Shown here: positions 48,718-58,613 of the stretch, in pieces
Numbering within the stretch: the first letter of the stretch is position 1
Layout of the letters: each line of letters starts with the position of its first letter
Origin: Candidatus Levyibacteriota bacterium
GTDB lineage: Bacteria; Patescibacteriota; Microgenomatia; Levybacterales; UBA12049
Length of the DNA: 64,000 nt
Reading direction: 5' to 3'
Assembly (NCBI GenBank): GCA_016432345.1
Contig: CP066685.1
Coordinates: forward strand, 48,236-112,235
Position numbers and translations under genes: made by a program
Notes under the pieces: generated by a model
Databases searched by the model: none
The model's input: only the letters and a program-made list of their open reading frames with translations
What the model was told of the DNA's origin: nothing

Positions 48718-49412
48718 AAATTACTGCTTATTCTATCAAACTTTAGTCCTTCAATCCAACCTTTCATTTTCAATAAGGAGTCTAAACTATCTTTAACATG
48801 AATTCGCAAGACTCCGTGATAATTATCAGTATTATACTGCTTTTTCCATTTTGAATTTTGATAAAATGGTTTTGTAAACTGTTTTAAGGGAATCTCTATT
48901 AGGCGTGACCAATAAACTTGAATTTCTTCTACTTTATTTTTATAAGAAATATTAAGAGTTAGTCTTGCTACAATACGATCTTTACGTATCTTTAAGCATC
49001 TTTTAAGCCATTTTATGTAAAATTGAATCATTGCTGGGTCAGAATTGCAGAATCCCAAACGACTTTCGTGAATGTTTTTAAAGCCTTCTGCCCAATAAAG
49101 AGCTACGCCTGCAATAAACAAATCTCTAAAAGAAAGATCATTGATATAATTTTTACCCTCTTCTAGCAGATTTTTTTCCTTTCGCTTTCGAACTTCTTTT
49201 AGTTCGTTTTGTGCTTTTTTTCTACCATCTTGTAGTGCTTTTTGTGCTCTCTGTTTCAAATTATAGAATTGTGCTTCAGAAAGTTTGATATGAGGAATCC
49301 AGGTACGAATGGTAGTTATTGGAATTCCTGTAGCTTTTTTTATTTGATTTAAGCTCCATCCAGATGATCTAAGGTTCATGACTTTTTCTTTAGTTGCTTG
49401 ATTGTAGCGCAT
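48708..49412 (-). CDS. HTH + LAGLIDADG-like hypothetical protein overlapping the tRNA 5' end
   Basis: GWSLNQIKKATGIPITTIRTW HTH; IAGVALYWAEGFK, FCNSDP..I. Confidence 0.65.
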   Translation of the reverse strand: MRYNQATKEKVMNLRSSGWSLNQIKKATGIPITTIRTWIPHIKLSEAQFYNLKQRAQKALQDGRKKAQNELKEVRKRKEKNLLEEGKNYINDLSFRDLFIAGVALYWAEGFKNIHESRLGFCNSDPAMIQFYIKWLKRCLKIRKDRIVARLTLNISYKNKVEEIQVYWSRLIEIPLKQFTKPFYQNSKWKKQYNTDNYHGVLRIHVKDSLDSLLKMKGWIEGLKFDRISSNLPG

Positions 49413-49485
49413 AAACTTATTATGAATAATAAATTGCTGTATGTCAATAAGACAACTTTATTATAAGTAGCTATGCAACATGATG

Positions 49486-49514
49486 TTGACTAATAGAGAA
49501 AATTTTGTTAGTAT
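49486..49514 (+). promoter_or_regulatory. Promoter of the initiator tRNA
   Basis: TTGACT-N17-TAGTAT with TG extension. Confidence 0.55.
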
Positions 49515-49524
49515 GTAAATTACG

Positions 49525-49793
49525 CGCGGGGTAGTGTAGAGTGCACGTGAGGCTCAAAATGGGCCCTTTTATTAGTAATAATGAGAGAGAACTTAGCTAT
49601 ATCGGTAAAATCCCCCTTCGCATAAAGTTTTGGAGGGACAATACCGAGGGAATCCGCAAACTGGCGGAACACCGTAGAGACTACACGCTAAGCTCCCGAT
49701 ACTATCGGGATGATGATATAGTCCGACACTCCAAGCAATTGGAGAAACAGATCGCATAATCTCACAGGCTGGGCGCAACTCCCAGCCCCGCAA
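49525..49793 (+). tRNA. tRNA-fMet(CAT) interrupted by an intron (exons 49525-49554 and 49755-49793)
   Basis: Spliced CGCGGGG...TGAGG-CT|CATAA-TCTCA...CCCCGCAA; C1xA72 mismatch. Confidence 0.85.
49555..49754 (+). ncRNA. Group I self-splicing intron, 200 nt, no ORF
   Basis: 5' splice site after U33 with P1 GGCU/GGCC; GAGACTA and GATATAGTCC (P7) core; terminal G. Confidence 0.88.
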
Positions 49794-49832
49794 CACATTT
49801 TTCTTCCAGACCCCTTTTGCTATACTAGCAGA

Positions 49833-51014
49833 GTGAACAGGATTATTCGGGAGCTTTTTTTGCTGCATGTTTTAAACGATGGTGTTCGTACCACCTTTGT
49901 TGTTTTACTGCCATTTATTGCCAAAGATTTACTGCTTCCTTACACCTACGTTGGGTTTTTAGGATCATTTCAATCACTGGCAGGTACTATTTTGGCTTTG
50001 CCGGCTGGTTTTATTGCCGCTAGAATTGGCGGGCTTCATTTGTTAGCCAGCTTGTTAATTATCTATAGTTTGGGTGCTTTGGGAGTAGGTTTTTCACCAA
50101 ACATAGTTTTATTAACCATATTTTTTGCTTTAGGCGCCATTGGGTTTGGCATGTTTCATACAGTCAGTTATTCAGTGGTTGCCAAAAGTGCTGAAAAATC
50201 ATCTGTTGGCAAGCTTATGGGAGATTTTACCTCGGTTGGAGATATTGGCAGACTGGGTTTGCCCCCGCTGGCTCTTTTTATTGCTTCTTTAATTGGCTGG
50301 CGAATGACAATGTTTTTTTTAGCTGCAGTTGGTTTTGCAACATATGTTTTTATCCGCTTTTTATCTCCTTCAAAAGATATATATAAATTCCGAAGGTCAA
50401 GCAATGTCGAGCATCATCGAGACTTTTTCAAAATCACATTGCTGCTTTTGCGCATTGAAAAACTGCTGTTAATTCTTTTTGCTGCTATTATAGATTCGTT
50501 GGCTGGCGGGGCAATGGCTGTGTTTTTGCCTTTCTTACTTTTATCAAAAGGTATTACTTCTCAACAATTAGCATTTGTAATGGGAATATATTTTTTGGGC
50601 AGTCTGTTAGGTAAATCTCTTCTTGGTCGGGTAGTAGACAAGTTTGGCAATGCCAAAGTTTTTGTATTATCCGAGCTTTGTATGTCAATTATACTTTTTT
50701 TGCTTATTGATACATCAGTTATTTATTTTATTTTCTTTTTAGCCATTTTTTTAGGCGCTTTTACCAGAGGAACAAATCCAGTTGTTTTAACAATGCTGGC
50801 TGGTATTACTGATCAAATTCACTATAACAAAGTTTATGCAGTAAGCGAAATTTCTATTACTGCTGCCTCAACCATTACAGGTGTTGTCATGGGTATTGTT
50901 GCCGATAAAGCAGGCATCACAACGGTTTTCTATGTCCTAGCAACGTTAGCATTTTTGGCGATTTTTCCTATTCTGCCAGTTCTTTTTGGCAAAATTCGCC
51001 TAAATCACCTATAA
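49833..51014 (+). CDS. MFS transporter
   Basis: ~12 TM, GRVVDKFG motif. Confidence 0.88.
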   Translation: MNRIIRELFLLHVLNDGVRTTFVVLLPFIAKDLLLPYTYVGFLGSFQSLAGTILALPAGFIAARIGGLHLLASLLIIYSLGALGVGFSPNIVLLTIFFALGAIGFGMFHTVSYSVVAKSAEKSSVGKLMGDFTSVGDIGRLGLPPLALFIASLIGWRMTMFFLAAVGFATYVFIRFLSPSKDIYKFRRSSNVEHHRDFFKITLLLLRIEKLLLILFAAIIDSLAGGAMAVFLPFLLLSKGITSQQLAFVMGIYFLGSLLGKSLLGRVVDKFGNAKVFVLSELCMSIILFLLIDTSVIYFIFFLAIFLGAFTRGTNPVVLTMLAGITDQIHYNKVYAVSEISITAASTITGVVMGIVADKAGITTVFYVLATLAFLAIFPILPVLFGKIRLNHL

Positions 51015-51023
51015 TAGCCTTTT

Positions 51024-51821
51024 ATGAACAATCAGCCGATTGGTGTTTTAGACTCTGGAGTTGGAGGATTGTCCATTTGGCAAGAAATTGTTAAACAGAT
51101 GCCTCGCGAATCCACAATCTATATTGCCGATTCCAAAAACTGTCCGTACGGCAGTCGAGCACCACACGAGATTTTCCCGCTCGCCAAGCGAATAGTGCAA
51201 TTTCTCCTTGAAAAAAAAGTAAAAGTAATTGTTGTTGCCTGCAATACTATTTCTGTTTGTGCATTAAAAGAGTTGCGCGGTGAATATAAAACTGTGCCAA
51301 TTGTTGGTATTGTGCCGGTTATAAAAACTGCGGCAATCAAGACAAAAAACAAATACATCGGTATTTTTTCTACAGTAACAACAGCTAAAAGCGGATACGA
51401 AAAGGAACTTATTAAAACATTCACAAGCGGTTGTAAAGTTACAAATATTGGCACAGAAAAGCTTGTTCCATTTATCGAGAGAGGAGATATTGATTCGGAG
51501 GAGGTTAAAAAGGTTATCAAAATTGTGACTAAGCCGTTTGTAAAAAATAACATTGATGTGATTGCGCTTGGGTGTTCGCACTTTCCGTTTTTAGCAAAGC
51601 CAATGCAAGAGATTTTAGGGAAAAACGTATTGATCTTGGATTCGGCAAGAGCGGTGGGGCGACATGTGGGACGAGTACTAACAAAGAATAATATGTTGAC
51701 ATCACGAAATAAAGCACAGCACCAGTTTTTTACCACGGGAAATGCAAATAAGTTTGAGAAGGTCGCAGAGAAATTAATTGGCGATACAATACGAGGAAAT
51801 GTTATATATGTACGACTTTAA
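51024..51821 (+). CDS. murI: Glutamate racemase
   Basis: DSGVGGLS, PYG, ACNT, LGCSHF. Confidence 0.95.
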   Translation: MNNQPIGVLDSGVGGLSIWQEIVKQMPRESTIYIADSKNCPYGSRAPHEIFPLAKRIVQFLLEKKVKVIVVACNTISVCALKELRGEYKTVPIVGIVPVIKTAAIKTKNKYIGIFSTVTTAKSGYEKELIKTFTSGCKVTNIGTEKLVPFIERGDIDSEEVKKVIKIVTKPFVKNNIDVIALGCSHFPFLAKPMQEILGKNVLILDSARAVGRHVGRVLTKNNMLTSRNKAQHQFFTTGNANKFEKVAEKLIGDTIRGNVIYVRL

Positions 51822-53157
51822 AGATAAAAAAATTGCGGTTTTGGGAATGGGAATAGAGGGAGAATCAAGCGCAGAATTCCTTCGTAAGCGCGGTGCCAAT
51901 GTTGCAGAATTAGATCAGAAAATAGATAAAGATTATCTTGAGTATCTGGAAAAGTTTGACATGATTGTTAGAAGTCCGGGAATTAAAAGAAATCTTCCTC
52001 AACTTATTGAAGCAGAAAAAAAAGGAGTAATTATTACCTCCCAAACCAAACTTTTTTTTGATATGTGTCCCTGTCCAATTATTGGTGTGACCGGTACTAA
52101 AGGAAAGGGGACAACATCTGCGCTTATTTATGAAATGTTAAAAGAATCTGGTAAGGATGTGTATTTAGGTGGCAATATTGGTAATCCTCCATTTACATTT
52201 TTGGATAAACTTACTATTCAGTCAAAAGTGGTTTTAGAAATGTCTAGTTTTCAACTGCAAGACATGACTGTAAGTCCGCACATTGGTGTTGTTTTAATGA
52301 TTACTCAAGAACATTTAGCTCCTGATAAAAAAGACAGTCCAGACCAGAATTTTCATACCGATATTTATGAATATATTGATGCCAAAAGAAACATTATTCG
52401 TTTTCAGAGCAATAAAGATTTTGCAGTAATCAATAGAGACTATATTGCCAGTAACGAGTCGGATATCACAACCGCGGGAAAAGTATTTCATGTCAGCCGC
52501 GAGCAGGGAGTTAGTCAGGGAGCATATGTAAAAAATAATGTAGTATTCTTGCGGTTTAACGATAAAGAGCAAAAAATTATTGATGCAAAAGACGTCTTGC
52601 TTCGGGGTGGACATAATTTGGAAAACGTGTGTGCAGTGGTGATGGCGGCAACGCTTTCCGGCGTAACGGCTAAAAATATAGTTTCAGTCTTAACCAGTTT
52701 TCGAGGACTGGAACATAGGCTGCAGTTTATTGGCCAAGTGAGTGGAGTTGAGTATTATGACGATTCGTTTTCGACTACTCCCGAAACTGCTATTGCGGCA
52801 ATCCAGGCCTTTACCGAGCCGGAGGTTTTAATTCTGGGAGGCGCACATAAGGGGAGCGATTTTACCGAGTTAGGCAGGGTTATTAGTGAAGCAAAAAATA
52901 TCAAAGCCATTATCGGCATCGGCATTGAGTGGAGCAGGATAAAATCAACTATACGCTATACGCTAAACGCTATGCGTTATATTGAAGGATGTGGGGATAT
53001 GCAGGAGATTGTACGAAAGGCAGCCGAGGTGGCAAAGCCGGGGGATGTGGTGGTATTGAGTCCTGCCTGTAGTAGTTTTGATATGTTTAAAAATTACAAA
53101 GACCGGGGCGAGCAGTTTAAGAGGGAAGTTGGAAAATTAGAACTCTATACTCCATAA
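51808..53157 (+). CDS. murD: UDP-N-acetylmuramoyl-L-alanine--D-glutamate ligase
   Basis: RSPGI, GVTGTKGKGTT, GGNIG, SSFQL, SPACSSFDMF. Confidence 0.95.
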   Translation: MYDFKDKKIAVLGMGIEGESSAEFLRKRGANVAELDQKIDKDYLEYLEKFDMIVRSPGIKRNLPQLIEAEKKGVIITSQTKLFFDMCPCPIIGVTGTKGKGTTSALIYEMLKESGKDVYLGGNIGNPPFTFLDKLTIQSKVVLEMSSFQLQDMTVSPHIGVVLMITQEHLAPDKKDSPDQNFHTDIYEYIDAKRNIIRFQSNKDFAVINRDYIASNESDITTAGKVFHVSREQGVSQGAYVKNNVVFLRFNDKEQKIIDAKDVLLRGGHNLENVCAVVMAATLSGVTAKNIVSVLTSFRGLEHRLQFIGQVSGVEYYDDSFSTTPETAIAAIQAFTEPEVLILGGAHKGSDFTELGRVISEAKNIKAIIGIGIEWSRIKSTIRYTLNAMRYIEGCGDMQEIVRKAAEVAKPGDVVVLSPACSSFDMFKNYKDRGEQFKREVGKLELYTP

Positions 53158-53437
53158 TTTTGCAAGCTCCTCTTTAAGTTTTTTGTTCTCTTTTTGCTTG
53201 AGGCTAAAGTTGCGGTTGAACTCAAAACTGCGCAAGCGCGCAAACTCTCCCCCGGGCATCACATCATTTCTCAATAGTGCATAATAGAATTATGAGCAGT
53301 TATTTGTGGGACTAAGACGAAAAAAAAGATAAAAAAGATAAAGAAGATCATCAAGATGCAAACTAATATTATAGGATACAATGGTGCTTGACATGGTAAG
53401 GTGAAAGCGTATAAAATAGACTAAGGAGCCGTATAAA

Positions 53438-54583
53438 GTGACCCATTTTAATAAACTTCCTCTTGGACTGACATTTGATGACGTATTGCTCCTTCCTGGG
53501 TACGCAGATTTTTCCCGCTCGGATATTTCGCTTTCCACCAACATCACCAAAAAAATAAAAATCAATATCCCATTTGTTTCCTCTCCTATGGATACTGTTA
53601 CCGAAAGCAAGTTGGCTATAGCACTTGCTAGAATGGGAGGGATTGGTTTTATTCACCGCAATTTTTCAATTACTGATCAAGCAGCAGAAGTAAAAAAAGT
53701 AAAAGAGCAAAACTTGCTGGTTGGAGCGGCAATTGGGGCAGGAAAAAGTTCGGAAGAGCGCATTAAAGCATTAGTGGCAGTAGGCGTTGATGTGTTACTT
53801 GTTGATAGTGCCGATGGGTTTAAAAAACCGGTGCTCGATACCACAAGATATATAAAGCAAACGTATCCACATGTCGAAGTTATTTCGGGGAGTGTTGCAA
53901 CAGAAGAGGGTGCAGAAGCACTTATTGCTGCCGGAGCAGATAGTATTCGGGTTGGCATGGGGCCGGGGGCAATTTGCACCACACGAATTATTTCCGGTAT
54001 GGGTATCCCACAAATAACGGCAATTATAGAAACTGTTAAAGCTGCTAAAAAAAGTGGCATACCTATTATTGCTGATGGCGGTATAAAATATTCTGGAGAT
54101 ATGGCAAAAGCGTTAGCAGCCGGAGCATCTGCAGTGATGATGGGTGGATTTTTTGCTGCCTCAGAAGAAGCGCCAGGAAAAGTAATAATTCTAACACGAA
54201 GCCAGGTGCCGCATAGGTTTCAGAGCAGTCTGGATCAAGATATAGAAAAATACGAGTTTAAAGAGTATCGGGGAATGGGTTCGGTGGGGGCAATGAAAAA
54301 AGGAGCAGAGGTAAAATCAGAAGGGGAATTTCATGGAAAAAGTTATAAAGATCGAGTGTTAATAGCAGAAGGAGTTGAAGGATTAGTTCCAATTAAAGGA
54401 ACAGTACAAGATATTGTGGAACAGGCAATGGGAGGGATTAGGTCGGGTATGTATCATGTGGGAGCAAAGACGATTGCGGAGCTGTGGGAAAAAGCTAAGT
54501 TTATTCAAATTACTCAAGCATCACTTACCGAGTCTCATCCGCATGATATTTTAATTACAAATCCAGGCAAAAGCTACTCATGA
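53438..54583 (+). CDS. guaB: IMP dehydrogenase (no CBS domains)
   Basis: LTFDDVLL, SSPMDTVT, GPGAICTT, IADGGI, YRGMGS. Confidence 0.93.
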   Translation: MTHFNKLPLGLTFDDVLLLPGYADFSRSDISLSTNITKKIKINIPFVSSPMDTVTESKLAIALARMGGIGFIHRNFSITDQAAEVKKVKEQNLLVGAAIGAGKSSEERIKALVAVGVDVLLVDSADGFKKPVLDTTRYIKQTYPHVEVISGSVATEEGAEALIAAGADSIRVGMGPGAICTTRIISGMGIPQITAIIETVKAAKKSGIPIIADGGIKYSGDMAKALAAGASAVMMGGFFAASEEAPGKVIILTRSQVPHRFQSSLDQDIEKYEFKEYRGMGSVGAMKKGAEVKSEGEFHGKSYKDRVLIAEGVEGLVPIKGTVQDIVEQAMGGIRSGMYHVGAKTIAELWEKAKFIQITQASLTESHPHDILITNPGKSYS

Positions 54584-56109
54584 TTTTAATTGTTGATTTT
54601 GGTTCACAAACAACCCATCTTATTGGCAGGCGAATAAAAGAGTTAGGCGCTGCGGTGCAAATTGTTACTCCCGAATCCGTTTTATCAACAATTCAAAAAG
54701 AGAAACCATCGGGTATTATTTTGTCCGGGGGTCCCTCATCAGTTTACGAAAGCGGCAGTCCAACCATAGATAAGAAAATTTTTGATCTTAAAATTCCCGT
54801 TTTGGCAATTTGCTACGGGTTTCAGTTAACAGCACATTTGTTAGGTGGTAAAGTCTTATTTGGCAGAAAAGAATATGGACCAGCCAGGCTGGAAATCTTA
54901 AATCTTAAATCTCAAATCTCAAATAGCTTACCAAAAAAGTTTACGGTCTGGATGAGTCATGGGGATGATATTGTTTTTCTGCCAAGTGGATTTATTGTTT
55001 TTGGTAGTACCGAACATGTGTCGTTTGCTTTAGCAACAGATGAAGAGAGAAAAATTTTTGGCTTGTTGTTTCACCCGGAGGTCGAGCATACAGAGTATGG
55101 CAGGCATATTTTAGCTAATTTTATCCGCATTTGTGGGAGTTCCGTCAAAGAACACAAAATTGATGTAGAACAGATTATTGCCGAAATAAAAGAAAAAGTA
55201 GGGGATAATTATGTGATTGGTGCGGTTTCGGGCGGTGTTGATTCCACAGTTGCTGGAGTATTAGCAGCCAGCGCAATAGGTGACAAATTTATTCCAGTCT
55301 ATGTTGACAATGGATTGATGCGGCAGGGGACAACAGAACATGTGAAAAAAATTTTCACAAAAACAGCTGGAATAAATCCTATAGTTATTGACGCGGTGGG
55401 GGAGACTTTGGAGAATTTACGGGGGATAGCCGACCCGGAAGAAAAAAGAAAAGTAATTGGTAATTTATATATTACAATTTTTGAGCATCAAGCGGAAAAA
55501 TTGGCAAAATCTGGTAAATCTACCAAATTTCTTATGCAAGGTACTATTTATTCGGATGTCATAGAGTCTCAAGGCAGCAAGCACGCGGCTAAGATAAAAA
55601 GCCATCATAATGTTGGCGGTTTACCCGAGCGCATGAAGTTACAACTTTTGGAACCGCTCCGAGGGTTATATAAAGACGAAGTCAGGACTCTTGGAAAAAG
55701 TTTGGGACTCCCCGATGAATTTGTGCATAAACAACCATTTCCCGGCCCAGGTTTTGCCGTACGAATTAGAGGAGAAGTTACCAAAGAGCGACTAGAGAAA
55801 GAGAAGAAGGCAGATGTAATAGTGCTTGAAGAATTAGAAAAAGCGGGGTTGCTTGCTAGTATTTTTATTTCATTTCCCGTGATGACCAATGCTTTTTCTA
55901 CAGCAGTCAAGGGAGACGGGCAGTTTTTTGGCGAAGTTATTGCTCTTCGAGTGGTTGAGTCTCAAGATGTAATGACTGCCACATGGGCCCGACTCCCCTA
56001 CGAAGTCTTGCAAAAAATTTCCTCTCGTATTGTTAATGAAGTTTCGGGAATTTCCCGCGTTGTCTACGACATTTCCACCAAACCCCCAGCCACCATGGAG
56101 TGGGAATAG
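54580..56109 (+). CDS. guaA: GMP synthase (glutamine-hydrolysing)
   Basis: DFGSQ, ICYG, FHPEV, SGGVDS, IKSHHN, KPPATMEWE. Confidence 0.96.
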   Translation: MILIVDFGSQTTHLIGRRIKELGAAVQIVTPESVLSTIQKEKPSGIILSGGPSSVYESGSPTIDKKIFDLKIPVLAICYGFQLTAHLLGGKVLFGRKEYGPARLEILNLKSQISNSLPKKFTVWMSHGDDIVFLPSGFIVFGSTEHVSFALATDEERKIFGLLFHPEVEHTEYGRHILANFIRICGSSVKEHKIDVEQIIAEIKEKVGDNYVIGAVSGGVDSTVAGVLAASAIGDKFIPVYVDNGLMRQGTTEHVKKIFTKTAGINPIVIDAVGETLENLRGIADPEEKRKVIGNLYITIFEHQAEKLAKSGKSTKFLMQGTIYSDVIESQGSKHAAKIKSHHNVGGLPERMKLQLLEPLRGLYKDEVRTLGKSLGLPDEFVHKQPFPGPGFAVRIRGEVTKERLEKEKKADVIVLEELEKAGLLASIFISFPVMTNAFSTAVKGDGQFFGEVIALRVVESQDVMTATWARLPYEVLQKISSRIVNEVSGISRVVYDISTKPPATMEWE

Positions 56110-56113
56110 ATAA

Positions 56114-57496
56114 ATGAAAACTAGTAGGCTGTTTGATGTATTTGCTTTGCTTTTTTGTTTATATTTTATTTTGGCTGGATCAATTGTTTCTGTTAATCGT
56201 TTCTGGCAGTATGATGTTTTTTATTATGATTTTGGTATATTTGACAGGGCGATTTGGCAAGTAGCGCATCTTCAAAAGCCAATTATTGACCATTTGGTAG
56301 TTTCTGGAAAGTGGATTTTTGCAGATCATTTTAGCCCTGGTATTTTCCTTTTTTCCCCTTTGTATTGGTTAACTGATAAAAGCGAGATGTTGTTGATTGC
56401 TCAAGCAGTTGTTGTAGGGATAAGCGGCTTTTTTTTATACGATCTTGGTAAGATAGTGCTTAAAAATAAATTTTTTGCGGCTAGCGTACTTTTTTCTTAC
56501 TATCTTTTTATCGGCCTGCAAAATGCAGTTATTAGTGATTTTCATGAAACAACTATTATGACATTGCCGTTTGTTTTAGTCTTTTGGGCAGCGGCAAAAA
56601 AGAAAAAGCTATGTACGTTTTTATTTTTTATTCTGATGCTTTCTTTTAAAGAAAGCGCTTTTTTAATTGGAATGGGTGTAGCGATAGCAATATTTTTTCT
56701 TCAAAAAAAATGGCAAAAATTTGCTTTTATTCTTTTTGTTACCTCACTTTTATGGGGTTTTTTAACCATACAGGTAATTATTCCCTATTTTTCTGGCGAC
56801 GGGTATCATTATAGCGAGCCAATTTTGGCTAGAAAAGATTACTTAGCAACTTTTCTTTTTGATAACACTTTAAAGCGAAACACCCTTTTTTATAGTTTTG
56901 CCAGTTTTGGATTTTTGCCTTTTTTTGCTCCTCAATTTTGGCTGCTTATTTTTCAAGATTTTTTTAGCAGGTTTTTTGCGCAGTGGTCAACAAGATGGAC
57001 TTTAGGATTGCACTATAGCGCGATACTGGCTTCGATAAATGGAGTTGCTGCTATTTATGCGCTTACTCTTTTACAGAATATAATGGCAAATCGGATGTTA
57101 AAATTTTATTGCATATTTCTAATTATAATCTCGATTATTTTATATCGTTTTGTCCTGCATGGCCCATTTGCTCTTTTTTATAACACCGCATTTTATGCTC
57201 ATACAAAAGATTTTTTGTTTCTTGACTTACTAATTAAAAAAATTCCTAAAAATGTTTCGATAATGACCCAAAACAATCTGGCTGGCCATTTTACACACCA
57301 ACAGGTATTTCTTTTGCGGGGAGATCCATTTTTCTATAAACCAGATTTTATACTTATTGATCTTAGACAGGGACAAAACCCAAATAATTTTTTTGGTGTA
57401 ATTTATCCTAAAGAGACTGTGGAAAAAATAAAAAAACACCCGCAATATATGGTAATATATCAATCCAAGGATCAATATATATTTAAGAGGAGATAA
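56114..57496 (+). CDS. DUF2079 polytopic membrane protein (GT-C-like)
   Basis: DFGIFD, DHFSP, DFHE, KE, HY motifs. Confidence 0.78.
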   Translation: MKTSRLFDVFALLFCLYFILAGSIVSVNRFWQYDVFYYDFGIFDRAIWQVAHLQKPIIDHLVVSGKWIFADHFSPGIFLFSPLYWLTDKSEMLLIAQAVVVGISGFFLYDLGKIVLKNKFFAASVLFSYYLFIGLQNAVISDFHETTIMTLPFVLVFWAAAKKKKLCTFLFFILMLSFKESAFLIGMGVAIAIFFLQKKWQKFAFILFVTSLLWGFLTIQVIIPYFSGDGYHYSEPILARKDYLATFLFDNTLKRNTLFYSFASFGFLPFFAPQFWLLIFQDFFSRFFAQWSTRWTLGLHYSAILASINGVAAIYALTLLQNIMANRMLKFYCIFLIIISIILYRFVLHGPFALFYNTAFYAHTKDFLFLDLLIKKIPKNVSIMTQNNLAGHFTHQQVFLLRGDPFFYKPDFILIDLRQGQNPNNFFGVIYPKETVEKIKKHPQYMVIYQSKDQYIFKRR

Positions 57497-57500
57497 AAGT

Positions 57501-58589
57501 TTATTTAGAATATTTTTGGATCCATTCCTCAAGGTTTTTATGGGCTTTTGTATCGGTGAATTGTTGGGGAGGAGATTTCATAAAGTACGCAGACGGCTCA
57601 ATCAGCGCGCCACTTAATTTATTATCCAGCGCTATTTTGGCACAGCGGATGGCATCTATTATCACTCCTGCCGAGTTTGGACTATCTTCAACCGAAAGCC
57701 GTACTTCTACATTCATTGGCACATCGCCAAAATGCCTGCTTTCAATTCGAATAAACGCCACTTTATTATCTTTCATCCATGGTACATAATCAGATGGACC
57801 AATATGAACATTATCATCCGCTATATCGAGATCTCTAAGCTTTAACTGTGAGGTAACAGATTGAGTTTTGGAGATTTTTTTAGATTTTAATCGACTTCGC
57901 TCCAGCATATTCAAAAAATCCGTGTTTCCCCCAACATTAAGTTGATATGTGTGATCAATCGGCATGCCTCGATCAAGGAAAAGATTCACAAGTGTTCGGT
58001 GCAGTATAGTTGCGCCAACTTGGGATTTAATATCATCGCCAATAATTGGCAGATGCTTTTCTGCAAAGCGTTTCTGCCAGTAAGGCTCACTGGCGATAAA
58101 AACAGGGATACAATTGATAAAAGCGCAGCCGGCTTCAATGACTTGTTCGACATACCATTTAGTAGCCTCTTCGCTGCCAACCGGCAGGTAGGATATAACA
58201 ATGTCGGTCTTAGTATCTTTAAGAATTTTTACCACGTTTGCGGTTTCGCCCGGGGCTTTTATAACAACATCTTTTAGGTACTCGCCAATGCCATCGTGAG
58301 TCATGCCGCGGCTAACAATAATGCCAGTTTTTTCTACTTTTGCAAACGTGGCAGTGTTATTAGGATAGGCATAAATGGCCTCCGATAGATCTTTTCCAAC
58401 TTTGGTTTTATTTACATCAAATGCCGCCACAACTTCGATATCGGAAATTTTATAACCCCCCAAAACCGTATGCATCAGCCCAACTATTTTTTGATCTTCT
58501 TTTGTATCTTTATAGTATGTAAGTCCTTGAACAAGCGATGAGGCGCAGTTCCCTACTCCAATAATAGCAATCCTGATTTTTTTATCCAT
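57501..58589 (-). CDS. ino1: Myo-inositol-1-phosphate synthase
   Basis: GVGNCASSLVQG, GDDIKSQVGAT, DSPNSAG, YFMKSPP. Confidence 0.93.
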   Translation of the reverse strand: MDKKIRIAIIGVGNCASSLVQGLTYYKDTKEDQKIVGLMHTVLGGYKISDIEVVAAFDVNKTKVGKDLSEAIYAYPNNTATFAKVEKTGIIVSRGMTHDGIGEYLKDVVIKAPGETANVVKILKDTKTDIVISYLPVGSEEATKWYVEQVIEAGCAFINCIPVFIASEPYWQKRFAEKHLPIIGDDIKSQVGATILHRTLVNLFLDRGMPIDHTYQLNVGGNTDFLNMLERSRLKSKKISKTQSVTSQLKLRDLDIADDNVHIGPSDYVPWMKDNKVAFIRIESRHFGDVPMNVEVRLSVEDSPNSAGVIIDAIRCAKIALDNKLSGALIEPSAYFMKSPPQQFTDTKAHKNLEEWIQKYSK

Positions 58590-58613
58590 GGAAGTTTAAT
58601 CATAACATAAAGA

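Noticed and set aside
49541..49868. Short ORFs over the intron as an intron-encoded endonuclease
   Set aside because: No nuclease motifs; they span exon and ribozyme core sequence.
53135..53394. Possible small minus-strand gene or pseudogene between murD and guaB
   Set aside because: Only short interrupted frames with no recognisable family.
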